Source: Lingula anatina
Taxonomy: Eukaryota > Animalia > Brachiopoda
Direction: 5' to 3'
NCBI GenBank assembly: GCA_051362555.1
Contig: CM120642.1
Location: 15,686,001-15,750,000 of the forward strand
Length of the DNA stretch: 64,000 nt
Part shown: positions 50,101-62,600 of the stretch, piece after piece
How the letters are laid out: each line of letters begins with the position of its first letter
How positions within the stretch are numbered: position 1 is the first letter of the stretch
Notes under the pieces: model-generated
Told to the model about the DNA's origin: nothing
Database searches by the model: none
What the model saw: only the letters and a program-made list of their open reading frames with translations
Made by a program: the position numbers and the translations under genes

Positions 50101-52407
50101 ACGTCATAATTGCGATTTTGGGGTAAAAACTGAAAAATCTGTCTCTTAAAATTCTGTTTTACCTGAGCAGCCACGATCATCGTTTCAACCCAGATATAAT
50201 GACATCATTAAGTACTCCAAAATTCTCCCAGTGATTTTTCCAAAAAGTCCTAGTTCAGATTTTATCGTTGATAATTATATATAAAGCAAAACAATGCTTT
50301 GGTTAATGAAAATCTGTAATTAGGGGCTCATAACTTCATAACAAATATATTTAAACCAAAATGACGGCACGGTATTGTAGCTTATACTCTTCTGGTCAAC
50401 TCTGTCAATTTTGGTGATAAAATCTTGCTCAGGGATGAAGTCACGCCCCATACCGATTGCTAAGCTCAAAAAGGAAAGATGTTAAATTGACGATTAAAGC
50501 CTAGAGTTGCCTATGCTTATACATTGCAACGCAAAAAGTATAAACACTGATTTTTCATATTTTCAAGAGTTTTTTATTGTTTTTATTTAACACAAAAATA
50601 AATGCGTTATTAAATAATTAGATGCAGGAAAAACTCATTCTCGGTATGATAAAGGGTAACAATCTCTTTAATTATAACGCCAAGTATACTAACACGAATT
50701 ACTGTAATGATCATGTTCCGTTTTATCGGATCTTTAGACGTTGTTTCACGTATGTGAATTTATTCATTTGGTTTCAGTAACTGCAAGTGCCGTTTAAGAA
50801 GATATCAGAAGCCTACTACTCAAAGACACGTTTCGTGTTCGACATATACAACCCCACAACTATGTCAAGATTGCTTCCAATGCCGACGTTTGTCTGCTCT
50901 TCAATTGGCAGGGACGACATTTAGTAGTTATGTTAGTTTTTAGTTGTAACATTCTGTTCCAAAACGTATATCAAATTAAGAGTTGAATGAAATGAGCTTT
51001 TTTTATCTATGAAACTTCTCATAGAAATTAAAACCATACTAAGCGTCCGCCCTGTATGTTGCTGGTTTGCTTCTTTTGGTAATTGTATATTATCATGTCA
51101 CGTTAGATTTGAACCTCTCAATTTACAGAAATAATATCTGTGTAAAAATGATAAAGCGAATGTTTTAAAATTACCATTTATTTATTTTCAAGAAGAGAAA
51201 TATTTTCTATTTGTCAGTGAAAATATGTGTGTGGGCAAATCTGCAACTTGACTCCTCGCTATGAACTTGAAGATGTACTTATTTTAAATGATGTTGACTT
51301 CCGGGAAGGAAAGACATTGCAACTCCATTATGTAACTTGCATATAGAAAACTTTTAATTACATTTATCGTGTGTTCAGTCGAAAAAGAGGAAGAGATGTA
51401 AATCTACACTAGAAAATGTAAATAAAACGTATGAAACCTTATATATTACGTCATGCAGCGGGCAAAATGTGCCCCTGTTACTGCAGAATTGCCCACATGT
51501 ACTAAACGATATTTTAACAATTATGAATATGGCACTGTGGCTGTAAATAAACTTCCTCTGGTTCTCGGTGTTTTCATTGCTGGGCGGGAATCGAATATAT
51601 GTTATCTGTAAAATAGTTAAACCACAGGGAAGGGTAATTTAATATTGCAGTACTAGGAGTAAAATGGAGATTTTTCTTGCGTATATGATAGTTGGCTACA
51701 AAGATTTCTCAGGATTGGGATCATTTATATGCCGTTTAGGACTTACATTACAAAACAGAAATGTCAAAAAACGAAAACGGGAAATAGAATCCATTGTTAT
51801 TCGTGCTTAGTTTCATCACTGAACACCGAGAACCAGACTTGATTTTAAGTGAATGTGAAATATAGATTCAAGTACGCTGATTTTTGCGTAACCTTTTCAG
51901 TTTTGTTTGTATATTATTCTGAATTTGGCAAAGACTTGGATAATATTGTAAGCCTCCCTTGTCTTTATGTCTCTCCCGATTCCCATGCTTTGTAAATGTA
52001 AATTTTCATCCACAATTACTCACTGTATGATATGTATTTTCGGAAATGAAAAAATATTGATTGGCAAAACATTATTTTTAAGACGCATTGTCTTCTGTTC
52101 GTATGATTTAAAATATTTATTTAGAGTGCAAAATGTGATATTTTCATTTTTGTATAAACTTAATGCTGTAAATAATTCATCTTGAGAAAAATAAATTCGC
52201 AAATGTTTTACTTTGTTCAAAGCTTGCAAAATTATTTTAATTTTCCCTAACTCAGCTCGAACCCTTCTTCTCTTGTGTACTGTACTGTCGTCTTACCTAT
52301 TGCGCCACATCCTCGACTTCTCTTCCAAAGGTTGCAGGACACTCTTGTCGCGGTTTAAACTACTTATTTTTATTTTTATTCTTTTTTTGCAAAAGGCAAT
52401 TTGCTGG

Positions 52408-52486
52408 GACCTAGATGCCCCAGGTTTCGAACCCAAGTCTTGCTGGGTCCGAGTCGCGCGTGCTATCCACTCCTCCAAGCGTCCCC
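52408..52486 (-). pseudogene. Duplicated copy of the tRNA-like element at 41446-41524
   Basis: Same A/B-box sequence within duplication unit 2; the anticodon-like position reads GACTCGGA. Confidence 0.45.
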
Positions 52487-55400
52487 ACCCACCCACCCCT
52501 GGTAGACTTTTCTTTTTATAGTAACTAAAGGGAATTTTTGAAAAGGAATTTATTATATTCCCGAATATTATTAAGTACCCGAATCGACCTCTACCCTTAG
52601 AGTTCCACCGAGAAAAAGAAAACGCTAAGTCATTTTGCATATAATTGTTGAATATTTTATTTGGAGCAAAATAAACTACCATTGATGTATTCTCACATTT
52701 GATAAACTTTTTTTTAATATTCTAAGTTATTTTAAGTTTTGAATAACCAGATATCTAAAACAAAAATATTGATACATGTATCTGCATAAAGACTCGCTTA
52801 AGTTTGACTTGATAAATAAAATATGATTTACTTGGCTAATGTTTGATCCCAGATAAAAATAACAATAAGAATTTTCAATTTATTATTAAACAAAAACAAC
52901 GGCAGTAGCTGTCTCAACCCACACCATCGCTGGAAAAAACGAAAGAAACTCTGATATGATAAATTACTATTTTAAAAGTCACAAAAAATCCAAATTGCCA
53001 AGAATTTCAAAATGTGACAACCTTTCCAAATAACAAGTTTCTGCCATTGTTTTTGTTTCGTTTTAATCATGACGTGCTGTGAATTAATTTCACATTTAAT
53101 ACGACATAAAATTCCGACAGTTATTACTTGGAAGAAAAAAAAAACATTTTTACTGTTTTGCAAGAAATTGTCACAAGCAGTTTGTGAAAAAAATTGAACA
53201 TTTAACAGCAACCAATACGTTCAAATACTCTACAAGAGATACACTTTAACGGGGAATGTAACAATAATCCCTAGAGACATTATTGAAAAAAATCATTAAA
53301 TTGCAGCATGTGTAATTATCAAACCTGGGCAAACTGGAGGGACAAATCATGGTGTTACTTATAACACCATGCATTTATATTTTAAGTCGAAATTTTGTAA
53401 CAAATGTTTTTTATCTTTCTGAACATGAATAATGTTCTCATAAAAGAACAAACATCATTTTTGCATCTGCTGCTCGGTATACCAGTGCTTAAGATGCTAC
53501 TGAGATAGAATTGAAAGGCAGCAGAGTTTTCAAAATAGGACACTGGATCACATGACTGTTCCCTTCATCTTTATGCAAATTAATGCCACAGATGCAAGTC
53601 ATAATAAATAATTACAATACATATTTGAAAAAAAATTATTACACATACTACTCATGTTAACTTTTAAAAAATTGGTAATATCAAGATTACAATCCAAATG
53701 AGCAAATTAAGAAAACAAAAACCGTTTAAAATACCCACGTTTATTTAATGCACAGTTTAATCGGTAGACTTGGATTAGCCAAATCAGTCTCAACTACATG
53801 TAATAATCGCAAATCCAACATAAATGTGTGGACTTTATATACTCCATTACTCAAACAAAATGATCAAGTGTGGTCCGTAAAAATGACACTTTTCACTCAA
53901 CAAGACAGCAAGTTTCCAAGCTTCAAAAGGTGATACAGATACGAGTTTAAAGCAACGACATTTTGAGTCACCCTCGCTTTGGAGATAAGACTTGTGAATT
54001 TCACATGTGGCGATAGAATAATAGAAATTTGGAACCCCAGACGGGGTTTTCAGATCGTAGTTGACGAAACGGTTTTGGGACAAAGACCTAAAGGAAAAAG
54101 TGCTGAAATTTCCAGATTTTTTGCTTTGGTCTAACCTGCATTGCATGCCTTCAAAATTAAGTGTTTGATTCCAGGAGCTCGTGAAAATATTGTAAATGCC
54201 AAGTTCCGAGTGACGAGTGAAATGCCCGCTATTTAGAAAATACAAAAATCTGAAATTTTAAAACGCTTGATAGAATTTTGTCAACTATTAAACTATTAAA
54301 AATGGATTGGATTCATCATGTATTATTTATTAAGATCAATAACGTAAGACTGCTTCAGAATGATTTATTTCTCTTCAAAGCATTTTAAAAGACTCGAAAA
54401 AGTAACATAAACGTGCGAAATTCAATGAAAAGAGTTTTCAAGGTGCTTTTTTTCTGTTGATGAAAAGGTCAAACTGAGCTTCAGTTTTCCTGGGCTAGAA
54501 AAATCAGTTTTCCGTTTTTTTTAGCACTACATTTGCAGTGAAATAAACATTAAGCAACAACTTGCTGCCTTGCTGAGTAATACCGCACGTAGTTTCACAA
54601 ACGTCACTAAGGCAAACCCAGACTTTAAATTATAGTAAAACATGTTTGAAGGCATAAGGGGCGGTTTTATTCTTTGGCAAAATAACACAAATCTTGTTAT
54701 TAATGATTACGCAGTGTTAAATAGGCTTCGTTTTGTCTTTTTACAAAAGGCTTAAAATTTTGGAAGTACAAAATCATGATAAATTGCTTTGGACAGAGCG
54801 TTTTGATTAGGCTAGGTGATATTCACATTTATCAATAGCTAGAAATATCAAATTTACCTTCAAATATTACTTGCAAATGGCGCTAGCAATTTGCCCCCTA
54901 TGCCTTGAAAATGGCTGCTTTCGTGATCAGCCACGCAGAAAGCAGTGCAACTATAAATCATATACTTCAGTGTATCGAAATATTACATATTATAGTACTA
55001 TTTCACAAAATTCATGCCAAAATTCGATATGGAAGTATATCACTAAACCTTTATCCTTTTCTTAAAATTTCAATTGTGGATATTTTGTAGTACATAATTA
55101 TGACACAATCTTATTAAAAGCAATTAATTTCAAAATCCAATTTTATAAGAGCCGCTCCACAGAATTTTCCCCAATTGGACTATTTTGCATGTAAAACTTT
55201 ACTGTCACCTCTGATTCTACCGATGTATTTTTAAATTCTTGTAGTTAAAAACATGAGGCACAACCGCAATTTTCACTGTCATGAGGTACGTGATGAAATA
55301 ATGGAGGCATGGAGGACACAAAATGCCACGAAGGGAAAATATTGATGGATGGCAAAACCCAGTGTGGAACATCATCAAACCCATTTATAATTGCATCAAC

Positions 55401-56615
55401 GATAAATTTCGACAAATACCTAAACCCATTGTCTTACAACGTTTTGTTGAATCAGTTAAACCTGAAATATCCATATACTTGGTATCCTGACCGTCTAGCA
55501 TCCACACCCTGGTCACTCAGAAGTGAAGAAGAAGTGACATCTCTTCCAAGGGTCTAGGTTTCAAATGACCCATCGGGGTAGTAGGCAGGAAGGGCTAGGT
55601 GACCATCCTTTTTATTTATCAATGACCATAATTTGACAGACAAAATTTGATAAACAATGTACTAAAATAGTGATGCACAACAAGCTTTTGTTTCCCACAT
55701 ATTAAAAAACTCTACAGTAAATTAATTAAATAAAGCTTCATACCCTTACACACCCCCAAAGTAAAATGGTAGTATGTAGGTCACTGGCTTTCCTTATATG
55801 GTATAATGTATGCTGCAATCTGAGCAGTTTTTGCCAGGTTTGACAAACCAAACCGTACTATAGCTCCATCTACAGGGGAACAGCAATGATCCTCTCTGCT
55901 GCAATCGGTAGCTTAGCAGATAGTGTGTGTGTTTTATCTTCAGCACCACAAAAAATAATGAAATTCGAACTGGCATATATGCAAATAAGGTAATAGATCA
56001 ATAAATTTATAAGAATAACACCAACAACAATACGTTATATACAACGTGCACGAGCATAATCTCTGCTTACGGTCTGCTGTCATTTTTGATCTGTTAATTA
56101 TATGAATTCAAAAACCATGTAAAATGACTTTAAAATATTACATCAGTCTACCATAATGTAAAAATGTAATGATTAAATAAATAAACCTCTTTTTCGAATA
56201 GAATTGAATAGATGGAAAGTGAATAGATAAACTATCAAAAATCAAAATTCCTTCTGATTACAGGAACATATCTTATGTTTGTCTGCCTACTCGTGACGTA
56301 TACAATGTAGGTCTAATGTACTCCTAATCTTTGTCTGCGTGTGGGTCATTTTTCTTATATGTAAGTGCTAATCACTGTGACAGTGCCTTATTCAGTTATG
56401 TTCAATAATGCAAAAATACATATCATAAATTGCGCTTATGTAGTCTAAACAAAATAAACTGTCAAAAACATGTTTTAATATTTTTTGGCTGTCCTTATCG
56501 ATGATCGATCACCTACGAAAGTAGGTTATCAGTTCAACTGGGACAGAACACCGCCCCCCAAAACTGGAATTTCCTCACTGACTGTAAAGTCTAAGCCGTT
56601 TGCCGTGGAGTAATA

Positions 56616-57674
56616 ATGTCAAAGGGAGGGGCAGCACCAGCAGCGGGCAGGGGTGGAGGATCCGCTTTTCAGAGTGGCATGAACACTTTCGCAAGTTGTA
56701 ACAAAGCGGGATCTATTCCTCATTTCAACAAGCACCTTGCAAAATACCCGAATGATTTTAATGCTTTGTGGTATCGTGGTAAATCCCACGCTATCCTGGG
56801 GCAGACGGCAGAGGCGCTGAGGGATTTCAAGCAGTTACAACGTGTCAGTTCCGGCGCCGAAAGAGAAGCTGCAACGGCTTTAATTCAAAAATTGCAGGGC
56901 AATCACACAAATCGCCGCCAAATTTTAACAAGAGCAGTGCGAAGGTACCCTGATAGTGGCCTCCTCTGGCTGGAGTACGGGAGCTGCATGTTGAGTGATA
57001 ATAACTTTTCTGAAGCCAAAAAAGCATTTGAAAATGTTATTGCAGTTAACTACCCGTTTGCATTTATTGCTCATCATGAAATAGGGCAAATATACAAAAG
57101 CGAAGGCAAGAGGCAAGAGGCAATTCACCACTTCGAAAGTGCTATCAGAGGATGCCCCACTCTCACGATTTCCCATCTGGAATTGGGAGAGATGTTGGAG
57201 GAGGAGGGCGAGACGCCGGCTGCCTCCCGTTATTATGAGCGGGCAAAAACCTTGAACCCAGTTTTATTTGAAGGCTGGGAAAAGGGACGACGTGAAAAAG
57301 CAAGTAATTCGGGAGGTGGAGCAGGAGGTGAGAGAGGGGGAGGAGGCAACAGCAGTGGAAGTGATGATGATGATTATGATGGTCGTCCAAGGAGTCTTTT
57401 TGACCCCAAGGCTGAAAGCGATCGGACATGGAATTACAAATATAAAGGACAAAAAATCTACAAAATCGGCGACTACTGTTACATCAGAGATAGGGCCGGA
57501 GACAGAGGTCACGCTGGGTCGTATTGGAAAGTGTTTGAGTACTACCCAAGCAAGCTCGTGTTGTCTCACGCCGTGGATAAGGATGGAAAACGCATCAACA
57601 AGCACGAGTCCAACAAAGGTCATACCATCAAGAAGAGTGACCTTGTTGGGTACACCCGAAAGAGGAAATCTTAA
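56616..57674 (+). CDS. TPR-repeat protein with C-terminal polymorphic-toxin-like (Ntox35-like) putative RNase domain, paralog C (352 aa)
   Basis: Intronless ORF collinear with A and B; C-terminus IRDRAGDRGHAGSYWKVFEYYPSKLVLSHAVDKDGKRINKHESNKGHTIKKSDL. Confidence 0.87.
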   Translation: MSKGGAAPAAGRGGGSAFQSGMNTFASCNKAGSIPHFNKHLAKYPNDFNALWYRGKSHAILGQTAEALRDFKQLQRVSSGAEREAATALIQKLQGNHTNRRQILTRAVRRYPDSGLLWLEYGSCMLSDNNFSEAKKAFENVIAVNYPFAFIAHHEIGQIYKSEGKRQEAIHHFESAIRGCPTLTISHLELGEMLEEEGETPAASRYYERAKTLNPVLFEGWEKGRREKASNSGGGAGGERGGGGNSSGSDDDDYDGRPRSLFDPKAESDRTWNYKYKGQKIYKIGDYCYIRDRAGDRGHAGSYWKVFEYYPSKLVLSHAVDKDGKRINKHESNKGHTIKKSDLVGYTRKRKS

Positions 57675-58004
57675 AGGACACATACTCGACCCACGGGTCC
57701 TAATCAGCGTCTTTGCATGATGTTAAAATATTTTTGACTTTTAAATTTAATCGGTGAAGGGGTACTTTTGGACACTTTGTTATAACGACTCATTATCTAC
57801 CATAACAATTGGACTCATGATGGACACGTCGAAGTTCAAGGTAATCCGTAGATGAAGCAGAAGTAGTAAACACGTGACAATATAATGATACGAACAAGGT
57901 TAATCTGAGTGCTCTTATATCAATGTAGGACAAAAACATATTTCATGTATTCAAACCTGTATAGTTTGTTAGTCGCCATGCTTTTTACTGAATTGATTTG
58001 CTTG

Positions 58005-58006
<2 letters not shown>

Positions 58007-58049
<43 letters not shown>
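58007..58049. repeat. Poly-A homopolymer (~43 nt)
   Basis: Expanded relative to the short A run in the paralogous TTGGCAAAAAATG at ~47480. Confidence 0.9.
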
Positions 58050-58052
<3 letters not shown>

Positions 58053-59674
58053 CTTCAAAATACTTCTATTAATTTTAGTGCTCGTCGGTGAAGCATTGAT
58101 TCAGATCGACAGCTAGCTGGGGAGCATTAGGAAGTGTGCACATTAATTTTTAGCACATAAATTGTTGTTAACTTTCTATAGTAGGACTTTAGTTTTGACT
58201 TAATATCTGTATATCAATGTAGTATTAATTTAGCTGAAATGAAGCCTTGTTCACAATGCGTAAATGATATCGTATTACAAGTAGTTAGTCTCGTTATAAT
58301 GCCCAAGTAATGTGGACTTATGGACGACTTTTTAAGATGGCCACCTAAAGGATTTCATTTAATTGTAAAAAGTTGTGTTTTTAATCAAAACGGAGCATTA
58401 ATGGTAACTATAATGGATATATATTCAGGAAACATTAAGCACTAATATTTGTCGAGTTTTCAAAACCTAATGGAGCAAAAAAAAATCGTTTAAAGCATTC
58501 AATACGCATGTAGCAAATCCCCATATACTCCTAGAGAGGCAATAACAGGCGTCAACCCTAACCACATAAAACGACCTTCGCTTTCACTTCTTTTATTGTT
58601 CCTATGAGTGTAAAAAAATATTTTGTGACATTCGTTTTGTATGCTTTAACCGATTTTGATTGTTTTATTTTTAATGTTGGACTAGTATTACAGTCAAGGG
58701 TCATTAAATGTGGTTATAGAGTTTATGCGCTTGGTTTTTGAAAAGTATATGTTTATTACGCAAGCAAACTCGTGTTGTACAACCCGGTTAATAAGTACGG
58801 AGAGTGAAATTCTATTAATTTTAGTGCACGTGTGTGAAGTATCGATTCCGAACAAGAGAGCTGGGGAGAATTAGGAAAATTGGACATTAATTTTTTTTAG
58901 CACAAGTGGTGTGTTGTTAACTTTGTGCAGTAGATGAACTTTGGACTATCTGTATATCAATGTAGCATTAATTTACCTGAAATAAATTGTTGTCCAGACT
59001 GCATATCGTATTACCAATAACTCTCTAGAATAAAGTCCTACGAAAAAGGAGCTGCTGAAAAAATTTGGATCAAACAGCTAACACGTTTTTGTCGATTATC
59101 TTTTCAAGAACTGAGCTGAAACGTCATAACATTTTGTCAAAACTAGTTTGAGTGATTACATACAAATTTGCACAGCATTTTTTTTTAAATCATATGCCCG
59201 AAAACGAAAACATTAATATGCTGTATTATTTCAATAACTGGAAGATCCCAAAGAAGAAAATAAATTTGCAAAATAATTTACAATGAAAAACATCAACAAT
59301 TAACAATAAGGAGTAATATTTTACGTTATTTCTTCATCTGAAATCAATCAGCATCAATTGTAACCATTCAAAGACATCAATAAATAAGTTTAATTTTAAT
59401 GGTGCCCGTTGTGCTTGCCATTGCTTCTATTCTTTGACGATGATTATTTTGTCCATTGTGATGAGAAAGGTATTTTTGAAACAATATGCCCACACAGATT
59501 GACACAAATGAGATATGTGGCTAAAGAAATGGAAAAAATTCATTTTTTGGATATTCAGAAAATTGTCATTCTTGTTAGGACTCTTGGCATTAAATTACGA
59601 AACCCAAATGGTGATTTGGCAATGTGAGTACAGTCCACATTCATGACGAGTTCTATGTTAGTGTCACAGGGCCA

Positions 59675-62600
59675 TTATTTCATAAGTTTCAGCTGGTCCA
59701 TGGCAGAGGTCAGCTTCTGGATCTCCAGAGAAATTTCTGCCATCTGAAAATAAAATAAAACCGAGAATTAGAAGTTGTAAGTGAGCCTTAACTGAAATAT
59801 AAATGTTACAAATGACAAGACCAAAAAAGGTGATATCCCCGGCGAAAATTTGTCTCAGGGGCTTCCACAGAATGGTACAAAACAAGTCAATTCCCCATTT
59901 GTCATCAAATGTTTGGAATCAAAATTCACTACACACTTGCATTTCCTAAGTATTTTTCACGCTGTGACCGCTTCTCTTCTCCATGATTTTTTTCAAACAC
60001 TGTGATGAACATTCGTTAAGGTCTCTTTTCAGGCCATCTCAGATTTCCATTCCTCCTCTCACCTTGTCTGCATCCTGCTGCTGAATCTTTTCAGGGACTT
60101 TCTGTGCATAGTCTGCCTTCTTCATTTTCTCCTCTATCTTTGACTGCTGGGATAGTAGACTACTCTTCTTGCTGTTCAGCTTATCTATTTCTTTGTCAAC
60201 ATCTATCAAACCCTGGAATATGATGACAAAGTACAGTGCCATTACCACCAGCCCATAAAAGAATATCCTCTAATGAGATAACAAGCTGAACTGATCAAAA
60301 ATCAGATCCTGTTTGAATGTTCACACAAGTAACTCTCAACTCTTAACCTAATATTGCACAAAAGTAATGGAATTCAAAATTTAACAGTAATGGTATGACA
60401 GAGACAGACACCCAACGGTTTCTGCACATAAAAATTCTGGTCTGAGGAGATTTAACCTCAAAACATCATTTAAAATACTTTAAAAAACCTGGATACGTAA
60501 GGCAAAGCTCTCATGGATATGCTGAATATCACATCTGGCTATATATCACATCTTACCTTCAACATCATATGTGCCTCACACTGGGCATTGACAGTGTTGA
60601 CAGCACAGCCCTGGGGGACCTCTCCCTCCACCTGGATGGTCACAGCTGACGAACTGGACAGGGTCTGGATCACGTCTGAATATTTCTGCAACATGGCTGC
60701 CGTGGGTTCATCATGCAGACGTAAGTACACTACAGAAGAAAGATAACTGTAATTCTAAAATTTAGTAAACAATTTTTGCCTTCATATCAAGATGCAGCCC
60801 AATCCCCTCCATTTGCACAAAAATTCCAATAAAAAATCTAAACATCCAGTGGTCATACTGGATTATTACTTACAATTCCATCTACAAAAACTTATCCGTC
60901 TATCAATTATTCCTAGATGATGCACACTATATTGTCCAGAGAGTCAAGTCCCTGCTACAGAATAAAAGTTCATCTGAAATCCGCAACAGATTACTGACAA
61001 AATTTTACCAAAAATAATCATGCAAGTAAATTTTTCTGAGCACAACCAGTGACCAACAATCATCATAATTCAAACAGTGCAAGTCATGACAAAAAGAATG
61101 TAGGAAAAAGATATAGACCACTTACAGTCAGCTTTAGTCTTGGTCAGGTTATAATCTGCCCTCATTGACCTCACAGTCTTCACCACATTCTGGGCAAAAT
61201 CCACTCCAGATTCCAGCTCAGTGTCTCTCCATGGAAACTGACAGAATGCAAAATATGGTATTTTCATAAATAAAATAGCTACAAAATTTTCATAGTGGCT
61301 GGGATATTCGGGGGAAAATAACCTCAGGCTTTGCACTGGGTCTCCAAAAGGAAAGCACAACATTTCTGAGCCAAAGAACTCAGTACTCAGTATTCCAGTA
61401 CCTGAAAGTTCATGACCAAATATTTCCATTGTATGACTTGCATAAACCTGCTTGTTAGGTTTTTAATAATAAGAACTGACAAGGCTTTTACAGCAAACCA
61501 TCAAAACCACCTCTTTGAAGTTGAAGCTGAATCAGACACATGTGCTAATTTAAATCATTTACCTCTTCAACCTCAGGATACGATGTCACACAGATGCTCG
61601 GTGGTTCATTGTCAGTTCGTCTTGGCAATCTCTGGAAGAGCTCTTCTGACAGGAAAGGCATGAATGGACTGATTAGCCTCAGTCCCACATTAAGACAAGT
61701 GAACAGGGCATTTCTAGAAACTGCTATAGCATCCTTATCTTCTCCATACAGAATGGGTTTCAAGTATTCCTAGAAAACAAAGTTTGTTACATTTAAAAAC
61801 ATTCTGATGTTAAAAAAGGATTTTTTAAAAATCTAATCGAAATGTTATAAAAATCTTTCAAAAGCTAAGTCCTCACATTTTGGATTTTCACGAAACGATT
61901 CCAAACGAAATCAAACACATTAAATTATTTTGACAAAAAAAAAAAAAAAAAAAGGCTATAATTAAATCTCCATATAAGTTTCAATGTGTAAAGACATATT
62001 CAATGACTGTGAATATTTCAATCAAATAGCAGTTTTAAAAAATAAGTTACATGTCTTCCCAAGACTTACCAGGTACCAGTCACAGAGCTCATACAGCCAG
62101 AAATTGTAGATGGCAGTTGTGGTGGTGGGGAAGTCGTACTCCTTGAAACCTTTATTGCACATATCCACAGCATAACTCAGGCGACTCAGAATCCATTTGT
62201 CCATCAATTTTTCTCTGCCACTCAGCTGGAAATTCAAATTCATGAATAACCAATTAATTCAAAAACACTGAGAAATTGAACCGAAATATAAAACTATTAA
62301 TTAACTCAGACTTCTCCTTTAGGATTAATATTTTTCTATTTTCATTTTCAAATCACAGAAAATATGTGGTGCCAACTCAAAGAACCTGGTGTCATTAACC
62401 TATCAAATGGATAACACATACAGTCATCCATACCTTCAATGTTGCCTCTGGTTTGAAGTCCTCCCCGAGGCCACTGAGAGCAAATCTGGTGGCATTCCAG
62501 AGCTTGTTACAGAAGAACCTGTACCCCTGGACACGCAGCACGTCCAGGTTAATGTCACGTCCTATAATACAGTATTAAAAAATTATACGGTTTACTTCAG

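Larger units (their letters stand above)
49400..59415 (+). repeat. Tandem segmental duplication, unit 2 (contains paralog C)
   Basis: Collinear with 38470-49210; offset about 10.2-10.9 kb along its length. Confidence 0.9.

Noticed and set aside
31683-57674. Bacterial contamination as the source of the intronless TPR-toxin ORFs
   Set aside because: The ORFs are embedded in AT-rich non-coding DNA with animal transposons, lack operon context, and their flanks are continuous with the 3' regions of two spliced animal genes.
58007-58049. Poly-A tract as a retrogene tail for paralog C
   Set aside because: Homology with the B flank continues on both sides, and B has a short A run at the same place, so this is slippage expansion rather than a retroposition scar.
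59664-59885. ORF-track frame ending ..ETYEIMAL as the last VARS exon
   Set aside because: Splice phase from the preceding exon gives [22 protein letters not shown] ending at 59675, which fits the ValRS C-terminal coiled coil.
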